From an uncultured Candidatus Saccharibacteria bacterium (GTDB lineage Bacteria > Patescibacteriota > Minisyncoccia > Phycocordibacterales > JACOZG01), in NCBI GenBank assembly GCA_964567425.1, contig CAZMMP010000001.1:1-34572 (forward strand): a stretch of DNA of 34,572 nt, read 5' to 3'. Under the pieces are notes generated by a model. That model was not told where the DNA came from and searched no databases. It was given only the letters and a program-made list of their open reading frames with translations. Positions 1 to 7,776 of this stretch are shown here, one piece after another; position 1 is the first letter of the stretch, and every line of letters begins with the position of its first letter. The position numbers were made by a program, and so were the translations under genes.

Positions 1-841
1 CGGCTACATGTCGGTGCGCAGCCCGGCAAGGCGCGAGGCGGTAGCCGCAGCGGACGAGCAGCGGGATCTGGAGCGCGAGGCCAGCCCCAATCGCCGCCAG
101 CGCCCCATAGATCTGATGAGGTGCCAGGATCTGGCCGAGTCGGAAGGGGGTGGCAACTCCTTCATACGTAGCCGTAAATTCAAGCCCGGCAGGCAGTTTC
201 CGCCCTTCGGCTTCAACATACACCAGATGTTCTTCCGCCGCTCGTATGGTGGCCTCTTGGCTCCAGCCATAAGTCAACACTCGCGCTGCGAGTTCATCCT
301 TGACCGCCATAATTTTAGGATCATCGGCATTTAAGATGACGATTCCCTCCGGACCGACCGCACGAGCAAGCTCAAGCTTTTCGGCCGCTACCGCTTCGGG
401 TGAACCAAAAAATTCGACATGCACCGGGATCTCGGGTAAGCGGGTGATGATGGCAATATCAACATTAACCCAGCGGGTAATACGGGCGATGTCACCCGGC
501 TGCTCTACTCCAATCTCTAACACCAGCCATTCCGGATACGAGCTGCGGAACAAAATGAGACTTAATCCCTCCAAAAAGTTTTTTACCCAACCAAGCGGGC
601 TCCACCACGCATTCGGGCAATTTAAAATAGTAAGCGGTACCCCAATCTCGTGATTAAAACTTTTTTGACTAGCTCGGACGCGATACCGACTCATCAACAC
701 CCGCGCTACCGCATCTTTCGTCCCCGTCTTCCCGACCGAGCCGGTAATCGCCACGATTTTAGGATGATATTTACGGAGGACCAGACGCGCTTCCCAGCGC
801 AGTATAGTGGTGATAAGCGAACGTAAAAAATTCTTAATCAT
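1..841 (-). CDS. murF: MurF-like Mur ligase (UDP-MurNAc-tripeptide--D-Ala-D-Ala ligase), N-terminal part; runs off the window start
   Basis: Not in the ORF track because it is open at the edge. Manual translation from ATG 841..839 gives MIKNFLRSLITTILRWEARLVLRKYHPKIVAITGSVGKTGTKDAVARVL..FNHEIGVPLTIL. It has the Mur-ligase P-loop TGSxGKT and the MurF-type NxEIGxPLT motif. ATGA start/stop overlap with ftsI. An in-frame stop at 856..854 fixes the start. Confidence 0.75.
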   Translation of the reverse strand, partial: MIKNFLRSLITTILRWEARLVLRKYHPKIVAITGSVGKTGTKDAVARVLMSRYRVRASQKSFNHEIGVPLTILNCPNAWWSPLGWVKNFLEGLSLILFRSSYPEWLVLEIGVEQPGDIARITRWVNVDIAIITRLPEIPVHVEFFGSPEAVAAEKLELARAVGPEGIVILNADDPKIMAVKDELAARVLTYGWSQEATIRAAEEHLVYVEAEGRKLPAGLEFTATYEGVATPFRLGQILAPHQIYGALAAIGAGLALQIPLLVRCGYRLAPCRAAHRHVA

Positions 842-2559
842 GGCGCGGCGCGATCAGGAGGAATATGGTAGTAGTTTAGCAGAAATTTAGCGGTATTCAT
901 AAACGGCTGGGTAAGGGTAGCCGAGGCATACTCCACTCCATGCGGGCGGATCAAGTACATGAAAATGATGAATTTGGGATTTTTAGCGGGGAAATACCCG
1001 AAGAATGAATGGAGGTACCGATCAGCATAATATCCTCCAGCCGGATTAGCAATTTGGGCGGTACCGGTTTTAGCCGCAATCGAATAGTCGTCCAGCTTGG
1101 CGGCACCACCCACCAGGGCTTTATCCACTACCGTGGTTAACATTTCAGTAATTTGCTCTGTTGTCCCCGGCTGCAATACGCGCCGCACCGTCGAGGAGGT
1201 AGCGGCCGGCTCGTAGGCCGTACCATTCGGATAATTAAGGCGGTCCACCACGTGAGGCGTCACCAGCACGCCGCCATTGGCAAGACTCGCCAACGCGCGG
1301 ATCGTCTCGAGCGGCGAGATCGCAAGCCCCTGGCCGAAGGCCGCGGTCGCCGCTCCAATTTCACCTCCACTTTTTAGATTTTTAACCAGACCCGAAACCT
1401 CATTAGGTAAATCCACTTTCGTCGGTTCTCCTAAGCCAAAGTTTAAAAAATAATCACGAAACTTTTGAATTCCCATCTGCTCCATCGCAAACACAACTCC
1501 CGTGTTGAGGGATTGATTTAACACCTCTTGCATACTGACTATCCCACGGCCTCGTCCATCAAAGTTAGAAATGCGACGATCGTCAATAATCCGAAAGCCG
1601 GCATCGTTGTAGGTAGTTGTTGGTTTTACCGCTCCGGCATCAATCGCCGCTGCCATCGTAAGCGGTTTAATAATTGATCCCATTTCATACACGTTTTCAA
1701 CCAACGGGTTTTTAAGCACGCTGATATCGGTTTGCTTTTCTCCCGGATTAAAAGTGGGAAAAGCGGTCAGCGCCAGGATTTTGCCGGTCGCTGGATCCAT
1801 CACGATGCCACCCGCCGCCTCCGCCGAGTAAAACTTTTTGATATCCGAAAGCTCGGTCTCGAGCACTTGCTGGACCACCGGCTCGATCGTGAGCACCACA
1901 TCCGCTTCGGTCGGCGCTGCCCGATTACCGAGCACGCTCCCCCTCACTTCTGAAAACGCTTCAGCGAGAAAATTACTAAATGAGTGATCTTCGGTCCGCT
2001 CGAGCACTTCATTATACTCGCGCTCAATCCCGTATTTGCCGGTTAAGGTATCGCCGTCATATCCCATAAAGCCGACCGTGTGCGCTGCCAGGCTCCCGGC
2101 TGGATACGAGCGCCAGCGAGTTTTAATTAATTCGACGCCCGGCAAATCAAGCTGATTAATGGCGCTGGCGGTGGCCTCATCCAGTCGCGGCAAAAGTTCT
2201 TCATAAGGATCATTGTGGAGATTGGCTTTGGCAAAAAAGGTGTCAGAATCAAGCGCCACCAGCGGGGAGAGCGCGCGCCAGAGTCCCGGGGCATCCGTGA
2301 TCTGGCGGGGATTCAATGCCAAGATAAACCCATCTTGCATCGCCGCGGCCGAGACCAAACGATTATCCTTGGTTTCAAAATAAATTGAACCGCGATCAGG
2401 CAAAGCATCGGCCGGGCGCTCGTATTGCCGATCGGCCCGTTCGCGATAGTAGCTCCCTTGGACAATTTGGATAAAAAAAAGCCGCACCCCAAGCACCAGA
2501 CCGCCGAGGAGTAAGCCGAGGTACACGAGGCGGAGACGGATCAGAGGTTTTCGTTCCAT
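838..2559 (-). CDS. ftsI: Class B penicillin-binding protein / septal transpeptidase (FtsI-like)
   Basis: 573 aa with an N-terminal TM. Carries SxxK (GSIIKP), SxN (QSLNTG) and KTG (AAKTGTA) motifs. Positioned after ftsL in the dcw block. Confidence 0.85.
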   Translation of the reverse strand: MERKPLIRLRLVYLGLLLGGLVLGVRLFFIQIVQGSYYRERADRQYERPADALPDRGSIYFETKDNRLVSAAAMQDGFILALNPRQITDAPGLWRALSPLVALDSDTFFAKANLHNDPYEELLPRLDEATASAINQLDLPGVELIKTRWRSYPAGSLAAHTVGFMGYDGDTLTGKYGIEREYNEVLERTEDHSFSNFLAEAFSEVRGSVLGNRAAPTEADVVLTIEPVVQQVLETELSDIKKFYSAEAAGGIVMDPATGKILALTAFPTFNPGEKQTDISVLKNPLVENVYEMGSIIKPLTMAAAIDAGAVKPTTTYNDAGFRIIDDRRISNFDGRGRGIVSMQEVLNQSLNTGVVFAMEQMGIQKFRDYFLNFGLGEPTKVDLPNEVSGLVKNLKSGGEIGAATAAFGQGLAISPLETIRALASLANGGVLVTPHVVDRLNYPNGTAYEPAATSSTVRRVLQPGTTEQITEMLTTVVDKALVGGAAKLDDYSIAAKTGTAQIANPAGGYYADRYLHSFFGYFPAKNPKFIIFMYLIRPHGVEYASATLTQPFMNTAKFLLNYYHIPPDRAAP

Positions 2560-2858
2560 TCCGAAGCTTGTTGATAGGCAAAGCCGGTGTGATTAGACGT
2601 GTCCTCAAAACCTAGCTGGTGGGCAAGCTCAAGCGTCACGCGACCAGAGAGAGCCACTTGTTCAGACTCAAGTTGGGCCACGCGCGAGCCCAAGGCCGCG
2701 CTTTGCTGGCTCGCCTGCTCCCGCGCCACGGCATCAAACACAATGCTGTTGATTAAATAAATATAGCAGCCGCCTAAAAGCACCAGCAAATACAAGAGAC
2801 CGCGAATCGTTCGTTCATAAGGGTAAATAGTTTGGATGGTTTTGCCGGTTAAGGTCAT
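2541..2858 (-). CDS. ftsL: FtsL-like cell division protein (single TM plus coiled coil)
   Basis: 105 aa with TM LLYLLVLLGGCYIYLINSIVF followed by a Q/A/L-rich coil. Lies between rsmH and ftsI. ATGA overlap with the rsmH stop and a 19-nt overlap with the ftsI start. Confidence 0.55.
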   Translation of the reverse strand: MTLTGKTIQTIYPYERTIRGLLYLLVLLGGCYIYLINSIVFDAVAREQASQQSAALGSRVAQLESEQVALSGRVTLELAHQLGFEDTSNHTGFAYQQASEWNENL

Positions 2859-3751
2859 GGAAGTTTGGTAATAACTCGTAATTGGGCGCTGCGGGCACGG
2901 GGGTTAGTGCGTACTTCGGTCCAGCTAGGCTTAATCGCCTTTTTGGTCACCAGCTCGGCCTGGCCGGCTGTGATCCAGTGTTTAAATTGTTCTTTAACTA
3001 ATCTCGCTTCGAGACTATGGAAAGTGATAACGGCTAAGCGTCCGCCTGGCTTGAGTGCGTTCCACGCTTTGGCTAAGCCTTCGGCCACGGCACCCAATTC
3101 ATCGTTGGTCGCAATCCGCAGCGCCTGGAAGGTGCGGGTGGCCGGATGAATCCGGCCATGACGATACCAAGCGGGCACGGCCGCGCGGATAATCTCTGCC
3201 AACTGGAGACTCGACTCGATGGGTCCGAACTCACGCGCCGCCACGATGGCCTCGGCGATCCGCCGAGCAAACCGCTCTTCACCGTAGCCTTCGATAATAT
3301 CCGTCAATGATTCTGCTCGCCAGTGATTCACTATCTCGTGGGCGGTTAGCCGACCGGCATCGGTCGTAGCGCTAAAGCTCATCGCGAGCGGCTCATCACG
3401 CAGAAAGCTGAAGCCGCGGCCCGAATCATCAAGTTGCTCCGACGAGAGGCCGAGATCAAAGAGAGCGCCGTCGAGCGTGCTGATCTTGAGTTCGGCCAGC
3501 ACCCGATCCAACTGGCGATAGTTGCTGACCCGGAGAAGAACACGCGCCGGAACCCGAGCCAGCGCTTCGGTGGCAGCCTGAATCGCCGTGGCATCCAGAT
3601 CCAGACCGAGAAGCGTACCAGTCGGACCAAGATGTGCAGCAATCGCTTGGGCGTGACCGCCACGATTGACTGTCGCATCAAGGATTACCTCACCAGTGCT
3701 TGGTGCTAGGTATCGTATCACTTCCTGTAAAAGAACGGGGATATGCCTCAT
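2855..3751 (-). CDS. rsmH: 16S rRNA (cytosine1402-N4)-methyltransferase RsmH
   Basis: MRHIPVLLQEV N-terminus, DATVNRGGH SAM-binding region and the conserved C-terminal NPRARSA motif. AGGAG lies 10 nt upstream of the ATG. Confidence 0.95.
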   Translation of the reverse strand: MRHIPVLLQEVIRYLAPSTGEVILDATVNRGGHAQAIAAHLGPTGTLLGLDLDATAIQAATEALARVPARVLLRVSNYRQLDRVLAELKISTLDGALFDLGLSSEQLDDSGRGFSFLRDEPLAMSFSATTDAGRLTAHEIVNHWRAESLTDIIEGYGEERFARRIAEAIVAAREFGPIESSLQLAEIIRAAVPAWYRHGRIHPATRTFQALRIATNDELGAVAEGLAKAWNALKPGGRLAVITFHSLEARLVKEQFKHWITAGQAELVTKKAIKPSWTEVRTNPRARSAQLRVITKLP

Positions 3752-3753
3752 GG

Positions 3754-4188
3754 CTAGATCACTCCTACTTCACCGAGCTTTTGAGCGAGGGCATCAGCCT
3801 GTTTGGCGACGCTTGCTTTGTAAGCGGTCCACCGGCCCTCTTCCCAAACTTCAAGTCGAGTGGCTAAACCTGTCATCACTACCTTGGTCTCCAACTGCGC
3901 ATACTCTTTCAAGAAGTCGGGGATGAGCACGCGACCCATCGCATCCACTTCGGTCTCCACGGCGCCAGCCAGCATGAAGCGGTTAAAGCTCCGGGTATCG
4001 GCCTGACCCATCGAGAGATTGGAGAGCTTCTCGGAGACTTTCGCCCATTCGGTGAGCGGATAAATCGAGAGGCAGTTGTCGAGACCATGCGTGATCACGA
4101 CCCGGCGACCGAGCTCTTTGCGCAATCGGGCCGGGAGGGCCAGACGTTTTTTCGCATCAAGCGTATGTCGGTATTCGCCAATAAGCAT
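3754..4188 (-). CDS. mraZ: Transcriptional regulator MraZ
   Basis: 144 aa with two SpoVT/AbrB-like halves (LDAKKRLALPARLRKEL and VDAMGRVLIPDFLKEY). First gene of the dcw block. Confidence 0.95.
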   Translation of the reverse strand: MLIGEYRHTLDAKKRLALPARLRKELGRRVVITHGLDNCLSIYPLTEWAKVSEKLSNLSMGQADTRSFNRFMLAGAVETEVDAMGRVLIPDFLKEYAQLETKVVMTGLATRLEVWEEGRWTAYKASVAKQADALAQKLGEVGVI

Positions 4189-4220
4189 AAGAGGAGGATG
4201 AATCTGATCTCGTCAGATCA

Positions 4221-4287
4221 CCCACTTTCTCCCACCACGCAATAATTATATTCCACTCTCTCCCACTCTACAAGACCACTTATCCAC
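4221..4287 (-). promoter_or_regulatory. Array of GTGG(G/A) boxes, putative MraZ operator
   Basis: The plus strand shows (C/T)CCAC at 4221, 4231, 4252 and 4262, in pairs with 10-bp phasing, plus ACCAC at 4275 and TCCAC at 4283. On the minus strand these read GTGGGTGA, GTGGGAGA, GTGGAATA, GTGGGAGA, GTGGTCTT and GTGGATAA, and they flank or overlap the -10/-35 elements. Confidence 0.45.
4245..4273 (-). promoter_or_regulatory. Candidate mraZ promoter, TTGTAG-17-TATAAT
   Basis: On the minus strand there is a perfect TATAAT (4250..4245) and TTGTAG (4273..4268) with a 17-nt spacer. The leader to the mraZ ATG is about 50 nt. Confidence 0.5.
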
Positions 4288-4312
4288 AAAAAATCTCCGC
4301 CCCAGGCGGAGA
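4288..4312 (-). terminator. Rho-independent terminator ending the lysS / membrane-fusion-protein transcript
   Basis: The minus strand reads TCTCCGCC-tgg-GGCGGAGA followed by TTTTTT, 28 nt after the stop at 4340. Confidence 0.7.
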
Positions 4313-4339
4313 AATTCATCCTTATTGGTGTTGTAATTT

Positions 4340-5788
4340 TTATTGGCTCTTCACCTGCACCTGTTCACCGGCTTGGAGACCGGAGAGGATCTCGACCAAG
4401 CCGTTGGAGCCTTCGAGACCGACTTGGACCGAGCGCTCTTCGGTAGTTTTGCCATCGGCCGAAATTACCAGCACATAGGCCCGGCCCTGGTCGTAGTTCA
4501 CCGCGCGAGTCGGTACCGCGAGCACATCCTTATGTTCAGCCGCAACAATGCTGACATTGGCCGTCATACCGGATTTGAGATCCACTGCGCTAGAAGTGGC
4601 ATTGAGCGCCAATACTCCTTTGTAGGTTGGCACCCCTTCAACCACCACCTCACCGGGGTCAATCCGCGTGAGCGTCACCGCATACTGGCGCGCGTCGCCA
4701 TAGGCATCAAGCGAGAGCGTCCCTTGATCGCCCGCCTGCAACTTGCCCACATCCGTTTCAGGCACCCGGACTTCAATATTAAAATTATCGGCACTCAACA
4801 CCCGGACTACCGGTGTCCCAATCGCCGCCGTCTCTCCCACTTTGGCATCTTGCGTTGTTACTACACCGTCAATAGGAGCCCGAAGAATACGTTGCGCAAT
4901 CTGGGCGCGGATTTGCTCGACGGCGGCCAGTGCCTTCTCGCGCTCCGCTTCTTTAGCGGCCGTGCTACCGCCATTTGGTCGGGTCAGCGTCGCTTGCGCT
5001 TCGGCGACGGCACGAGTGCGAGTCCGTTGAGCCTCCTTGGAGGCATTAACATTCGCGGCATAGGAACCGCCTTTTTGGTTAGGAATCGCCACATACCAAA
5101 TCGTATCTTTATAATTTGATACCGTGTCGGGGAACGCGATAAATAAGCCATGCGTACCCAGCGGGGTCGGTTCGGTATCCGAAATATCCGTGAGTGGCGT
5201 TTCTTCCACGCCAAAAGTACGGAGCTGAAACTTGTTGGGTACCGTGGTTTTGGCTCGAATGATTACTTTATACGTTCCTTCCGGGCCAGTGTAGCGGCCG
5301 CTAACGGTCGGCGCGGCCAGTCCGTAAGTATCGTTTTCCGATACGGCTACCAAATCGCTTGAGAGCAGGGTGCGGTAAGCACTCTCAACCAGCGTATTTT
5401 GCTCATTCTCGATCTCGCTTAGATTCACTTCCGCACTCCCCGTTTCCGCTTCGTTTAATTTAAGGTCAGCCAAAGCCGAATCAAGCTCGGCCGGGAGTGT
5501 CCCTAACTCCAATTCCACCAACGGATCGCCGGCTTTGACCGCCGTGCCCGCTGTCGCGGGCACGGCGCGAACGCGTCCCGCCACCTCAAAGGCGAGGCTT
5601 GCTTCCGCGACGGGGACCACAGTGCCAACGAGATTAACCGTTTGGGTCACGGTTGCTGGAGTGGCTACAAAAATGTTAGCCGCGGGGGCTTTACCGCCCC
5701 ACACTTTCCAGCCGATCACGAGAATTATCAGAGCAATAACAATCGTGAGAATAGTGCGCGTCCAAGTTTTAAATAAAAATTTTCTCAT
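4340..5788 (-). CDS. HlyD/MacA-type periplasmic adaptor (membrane fusion protein), with no transporter partner in the window
   Basis: 482 aa. It has an N-terminal TM, split lipoyl-like halves (VAGRVRAVPATAGTAVKAGDPLVELE and LRAPIDGVVTTQDAKVGE), and beta-barrel and membrane-proximal regions. Confidence 0.7.
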   Translation of the reverse strand: MRKFLFKTWTRTILTIVIALIILVIGWKVWGGKAPAANIFVATPATVTQTVNLVGTVVPVAEASLAFEVAGRVRAVPATAGTAVKAGDPLVELELGTLPAELDSALADLKLNEAETGSAEVNLSEIENEQNTLVESAYRTLLSSDLVAVSENDTYGLAAPTVSGRYTGPEGTYKVIIRAKTTVPNKFQLRTFGVEETPLTDISDTEPTPLGTHGLFIAFPDTVSNYKDTIWYVAIPNQKGGSYAANVNASKEAQRTRTRAVAEAQATLTRPNGGSTAAKEAEREKALAAVEQIRAQIAQRILRAPIDGVVTTQDAKVGETAAIGTPVVRVLSADNFNIEVRVPETDVGKLQAGDQGTLSLDAYGDARQYAVTLTRIDPGEVVVEGVPTYKGVLALNATSSAVDLKSGMTANVSIVAAEHKDVLAVPTRAVNYDQGRAYVLVISADGKTTEERSVQVGLEGSNGLVEILSGLQAGEQVQVKSQ

Positions 5789-5797
5789 TGGTACTAG

Positions 5798-7264
5798 TTA
5801 GCGAGGTTTAAGGGTTGGAAAAAAGATAACCTCTTTAATATTATGCGTGTCTGTGAAAAGCATCGCAAGCCGATCAATGCCGATCCCCACACCACCGGCG
5901 GGCGGCATCCCATACTCTAACGCCTCGATGAAATCTTCATCAATCCGTTGTGCCTCGGCATCGCCCGCCTCACGCTGGACCTCCTGGGCCTCAAACCGCG
6001 CTCGCTGATCGAGAGGGTCATTGAGTTCGGAGAAGGCTTTAACCACCTCAACTCCGCCAATGACTAACTGAAACGCATCGACAAGCTCGGGTGTCCCCTC
6101 CTTACGTTTAGCGAGCGGCAAATAATTAGCCGGGTAATCAATAATAAAGGTGGGTTGAATAAGCTTCGGTCGGCAAATCTTTTTGTAGATTGCGTCCAAA
6201 ATCTTTTCTCGGCCAGCTCCTGGCTCGAGCGCCACATTAAAACGGCTGGCAACCAGCGCTAGATCGTCCCGACTCGCCGTCGCCGGATCGGCGATCAGCG
6301 CCTGACTGCGCAGAAGATCATAATAACTCACCACCGCAAAAGGTTTCGCCAGATCAATCGTCTGTCCCGTATACGTAAAATGACTACGGCCGTAGAGCCG
6401 ATCAACGAGGAAGCGCAACAATTCAACAACAAACGCTCGCTGCGCTTCGGCTGTACTATAGGCCTCGTACCATTCCAACATCGTAAACTCGGGATTGTGG
6501 GTTTGGTCAATCCCCTCGTTCCGAAAATTGCGCGAAAGGCTATAGACGCGAGGGAAGCCGCCAACGAGGTAGCGCTTGAGATACAGCTCCTCCGAGACAC
6601 GGAGATACAAGTCGAGATCAAGCGCCTCGTGATGGGTAATAAAGGGAGCCGCGCTCGCTCCCCCCGGGATCGGTTGAAAGACTGGGGTCTCCACCTCGAG
6701 AAAGTTCGACTCATCCAAAAACTGACGGATTCCGGAGATGAGTTTAGAACGCAACAGAAAACGCTCTTTCACTTCTGGCGACATCAGACTGTCGAGATAG
6801 CGGCGGCGAAAGCGCTCTTCAACATCGGCTAAACCATGCCACTCGCCCGGCAACGGACGGAGGCTTTTGGCGAGCATTCGCCACTCTCGTCCCAACAGAG
6901 TTTGTTCGCCCCGTTTGGTAATAAAGAGCGAACCGCTCACCTCCACAAAGTCGCCAAGATCAACCGTGTTAGCAAAGAGCTCAAAGGCATCAGTCGCGAG
7001 TTCATCTTTCTTTAGCAACACTTGAAACGAAGCCGTACCGTCATCGAGATGGAAAAAGATAACACCGCCCTGGCTGCGGATGCTCCGAATCCGCCCCGCA
7101 ATCACCAACGGTTTTTTACGGACCGAAAGTTTGGCAAAATTCTTACTAACCGCTGCAAGGGCAGTGAGTGGGCGAGTCGCTATCGGATACGGTTCAACGC
7201 CGTGCGCCCGAAGCGCGCTTAGTTTTTTTAATCGCTCCTCGCGGAGCTCCTCCAATCCAGCCAT
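5798..7264 (-). CDS. lysS: Lysine--tRNA ligase, class II
   Basis: 488 aa with an OB anticodon domain and class II motifs (FRNEGID, GIGIDRL). Confidence 0.95.
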   Translation of the reverse strand: MAGLEELREERLKKLSALRAHGVEPYPIATRPLTALAAVSKNFAKLSVRKKPLVIAGRIRSIRSQGGVIFFHLDDGTASFQVLLKKDELATDAFELFANTVDLGDFVEVSGSLFITKRGEQTLLGREWRMLAKSLRPLPGEWHGLADVEERFRRRYLDSLMSPEVKERFLLRSKLISGIRQFLDESNFLEVETPVFQPIPGGASAAPFITHHEALDLDLYLRVSEELYLKRYLVGGFPRVYSLSRNFRNEGIDQTHNPEFTMLEWYEAYSTAEAQRAFVVELLRFLVDRLYGRSHFTYTGQTIDLAKPFAVVSYYDLLRSQALIADPATASRDDLALVASRFNVALEPGAGREKILDAIYKKICRPKLIQPTFIIDYPANYLPLAKRKEGTPELVDAFQLVIGGVEVVKAFSELNDPLDQRARFEAQEVQREAGDAEAQRIDEDFIEALEYGMPPAGGVGIGIDRLAMLFTDTHNIKEVIFFPTLKPR

Positions 7265-7278
7265 CGAGATTGATTTAG

Positions 7279-7740
7279 TTATTTGACGCCCGCAATGCGG
7301 TAGCGACTCTCGCCCTTCGGCGTGCGCACCACTACCTCATCGCCCTTCTTCTTTCCTAACAACGCCGCGCCGACCGCGGAATGATGCGAGATCTTGCCGG
7401 CAGCGGTGTCGGCCTCCTCGGAACCAACCAACGTAAAGACCTGATCCTCGCGTGAACCCTCGCGCCGCACCGTTACCACTGACCCCACTTCAACTACCGT
7501 CCCATGGTGAGCCGAGATAATTTCAGAATTTTTGAGCAAGAGCTCGAGTTCGCTGATTCGATCCTCGATATCAGATTGCTCCTCGCGCGCCGCGTGGTAC
7601 TCGGCATTCTCCGAGAGATCGCCCAAAGACTTAGCAAACTCCAGCCGTCCTGCCACCTCCTTGCGCCGAGTGGTTTTAAGCTCCTCCAATTCAGCAACTA
7701 ATTCGTCGTATTTTTCGCGGCTCAAGTAGTTTTTCTCCAT
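7279..7740 (-). CDS. greA: Transcription elongation factor GreA
   Basis: 153 aa with the coiled-coil motif LGDLSENAEYHAAREEQ and a C-terminal FKBP-like domain. Confidence 0.95.
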   Translation of the reverse strand: MEKNYLSREKYDELVAELEELKTTRRKEVAGRLEFAKSLGDLSENAEYHAAREEQSDIEDRISELELLLKNSEIISAHHGTVVEVGSVVTVRREGSREDQVFTLVGSEEADTAAGKISHHSAVGAALLGKKKGDEVVVRTPKGESRYRIAGVK

Positions 7741-7746
7741 GCGGGT

Positions 7747-7775
7747 ATTGTAGCGGTCTTAGGCCCCGCGGTCAA
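7747..7775 (-). promoter_or_regulatory. greA promoter TTGACC-17-TACAAT, 6 nt before the ATG (leaderless layout)
   Basis: The minus strand reads TTGACC (7775..7770), a 17-nt spacer, TACAAT (7752..7747), then acccgc and the ATG at 7740. It exactly fills the 36-nt gap after mrdA. No SD is present. Confidence 0.6.
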
Positions 7776-7776
7776 A

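Noticed and set aside
4191-4245. AGGAGG followed by ATG on the plus strand (4192..4200), opening a 15-codon mini-ORF upstream of mraZ.
   Set aside because: There is no spacer between the SD-like tract and the ATG. The ORF is 15 aa and lies antisense within the mraZ leader. It is more simply read as the reverse complement of the CCUCCUC tract in the mraZ 5-prime UTR.
4343-5119. Long antisense ORFs inside recognised genes: 4343..5119 (+), 16528..17421 (+), 20817..21389 (-), 26591..27229 (+), 24385..24852 (+), 19797..20225 (-) and 6380..6832 (+).
   Set aside because: Each lies fully inside a well-supported conserved gene on the other strand. Their translations are R/G/A/H-rich and low in complexity, as expected for shadow frames in GC-rich coding DNA. 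None has a start-site signal.
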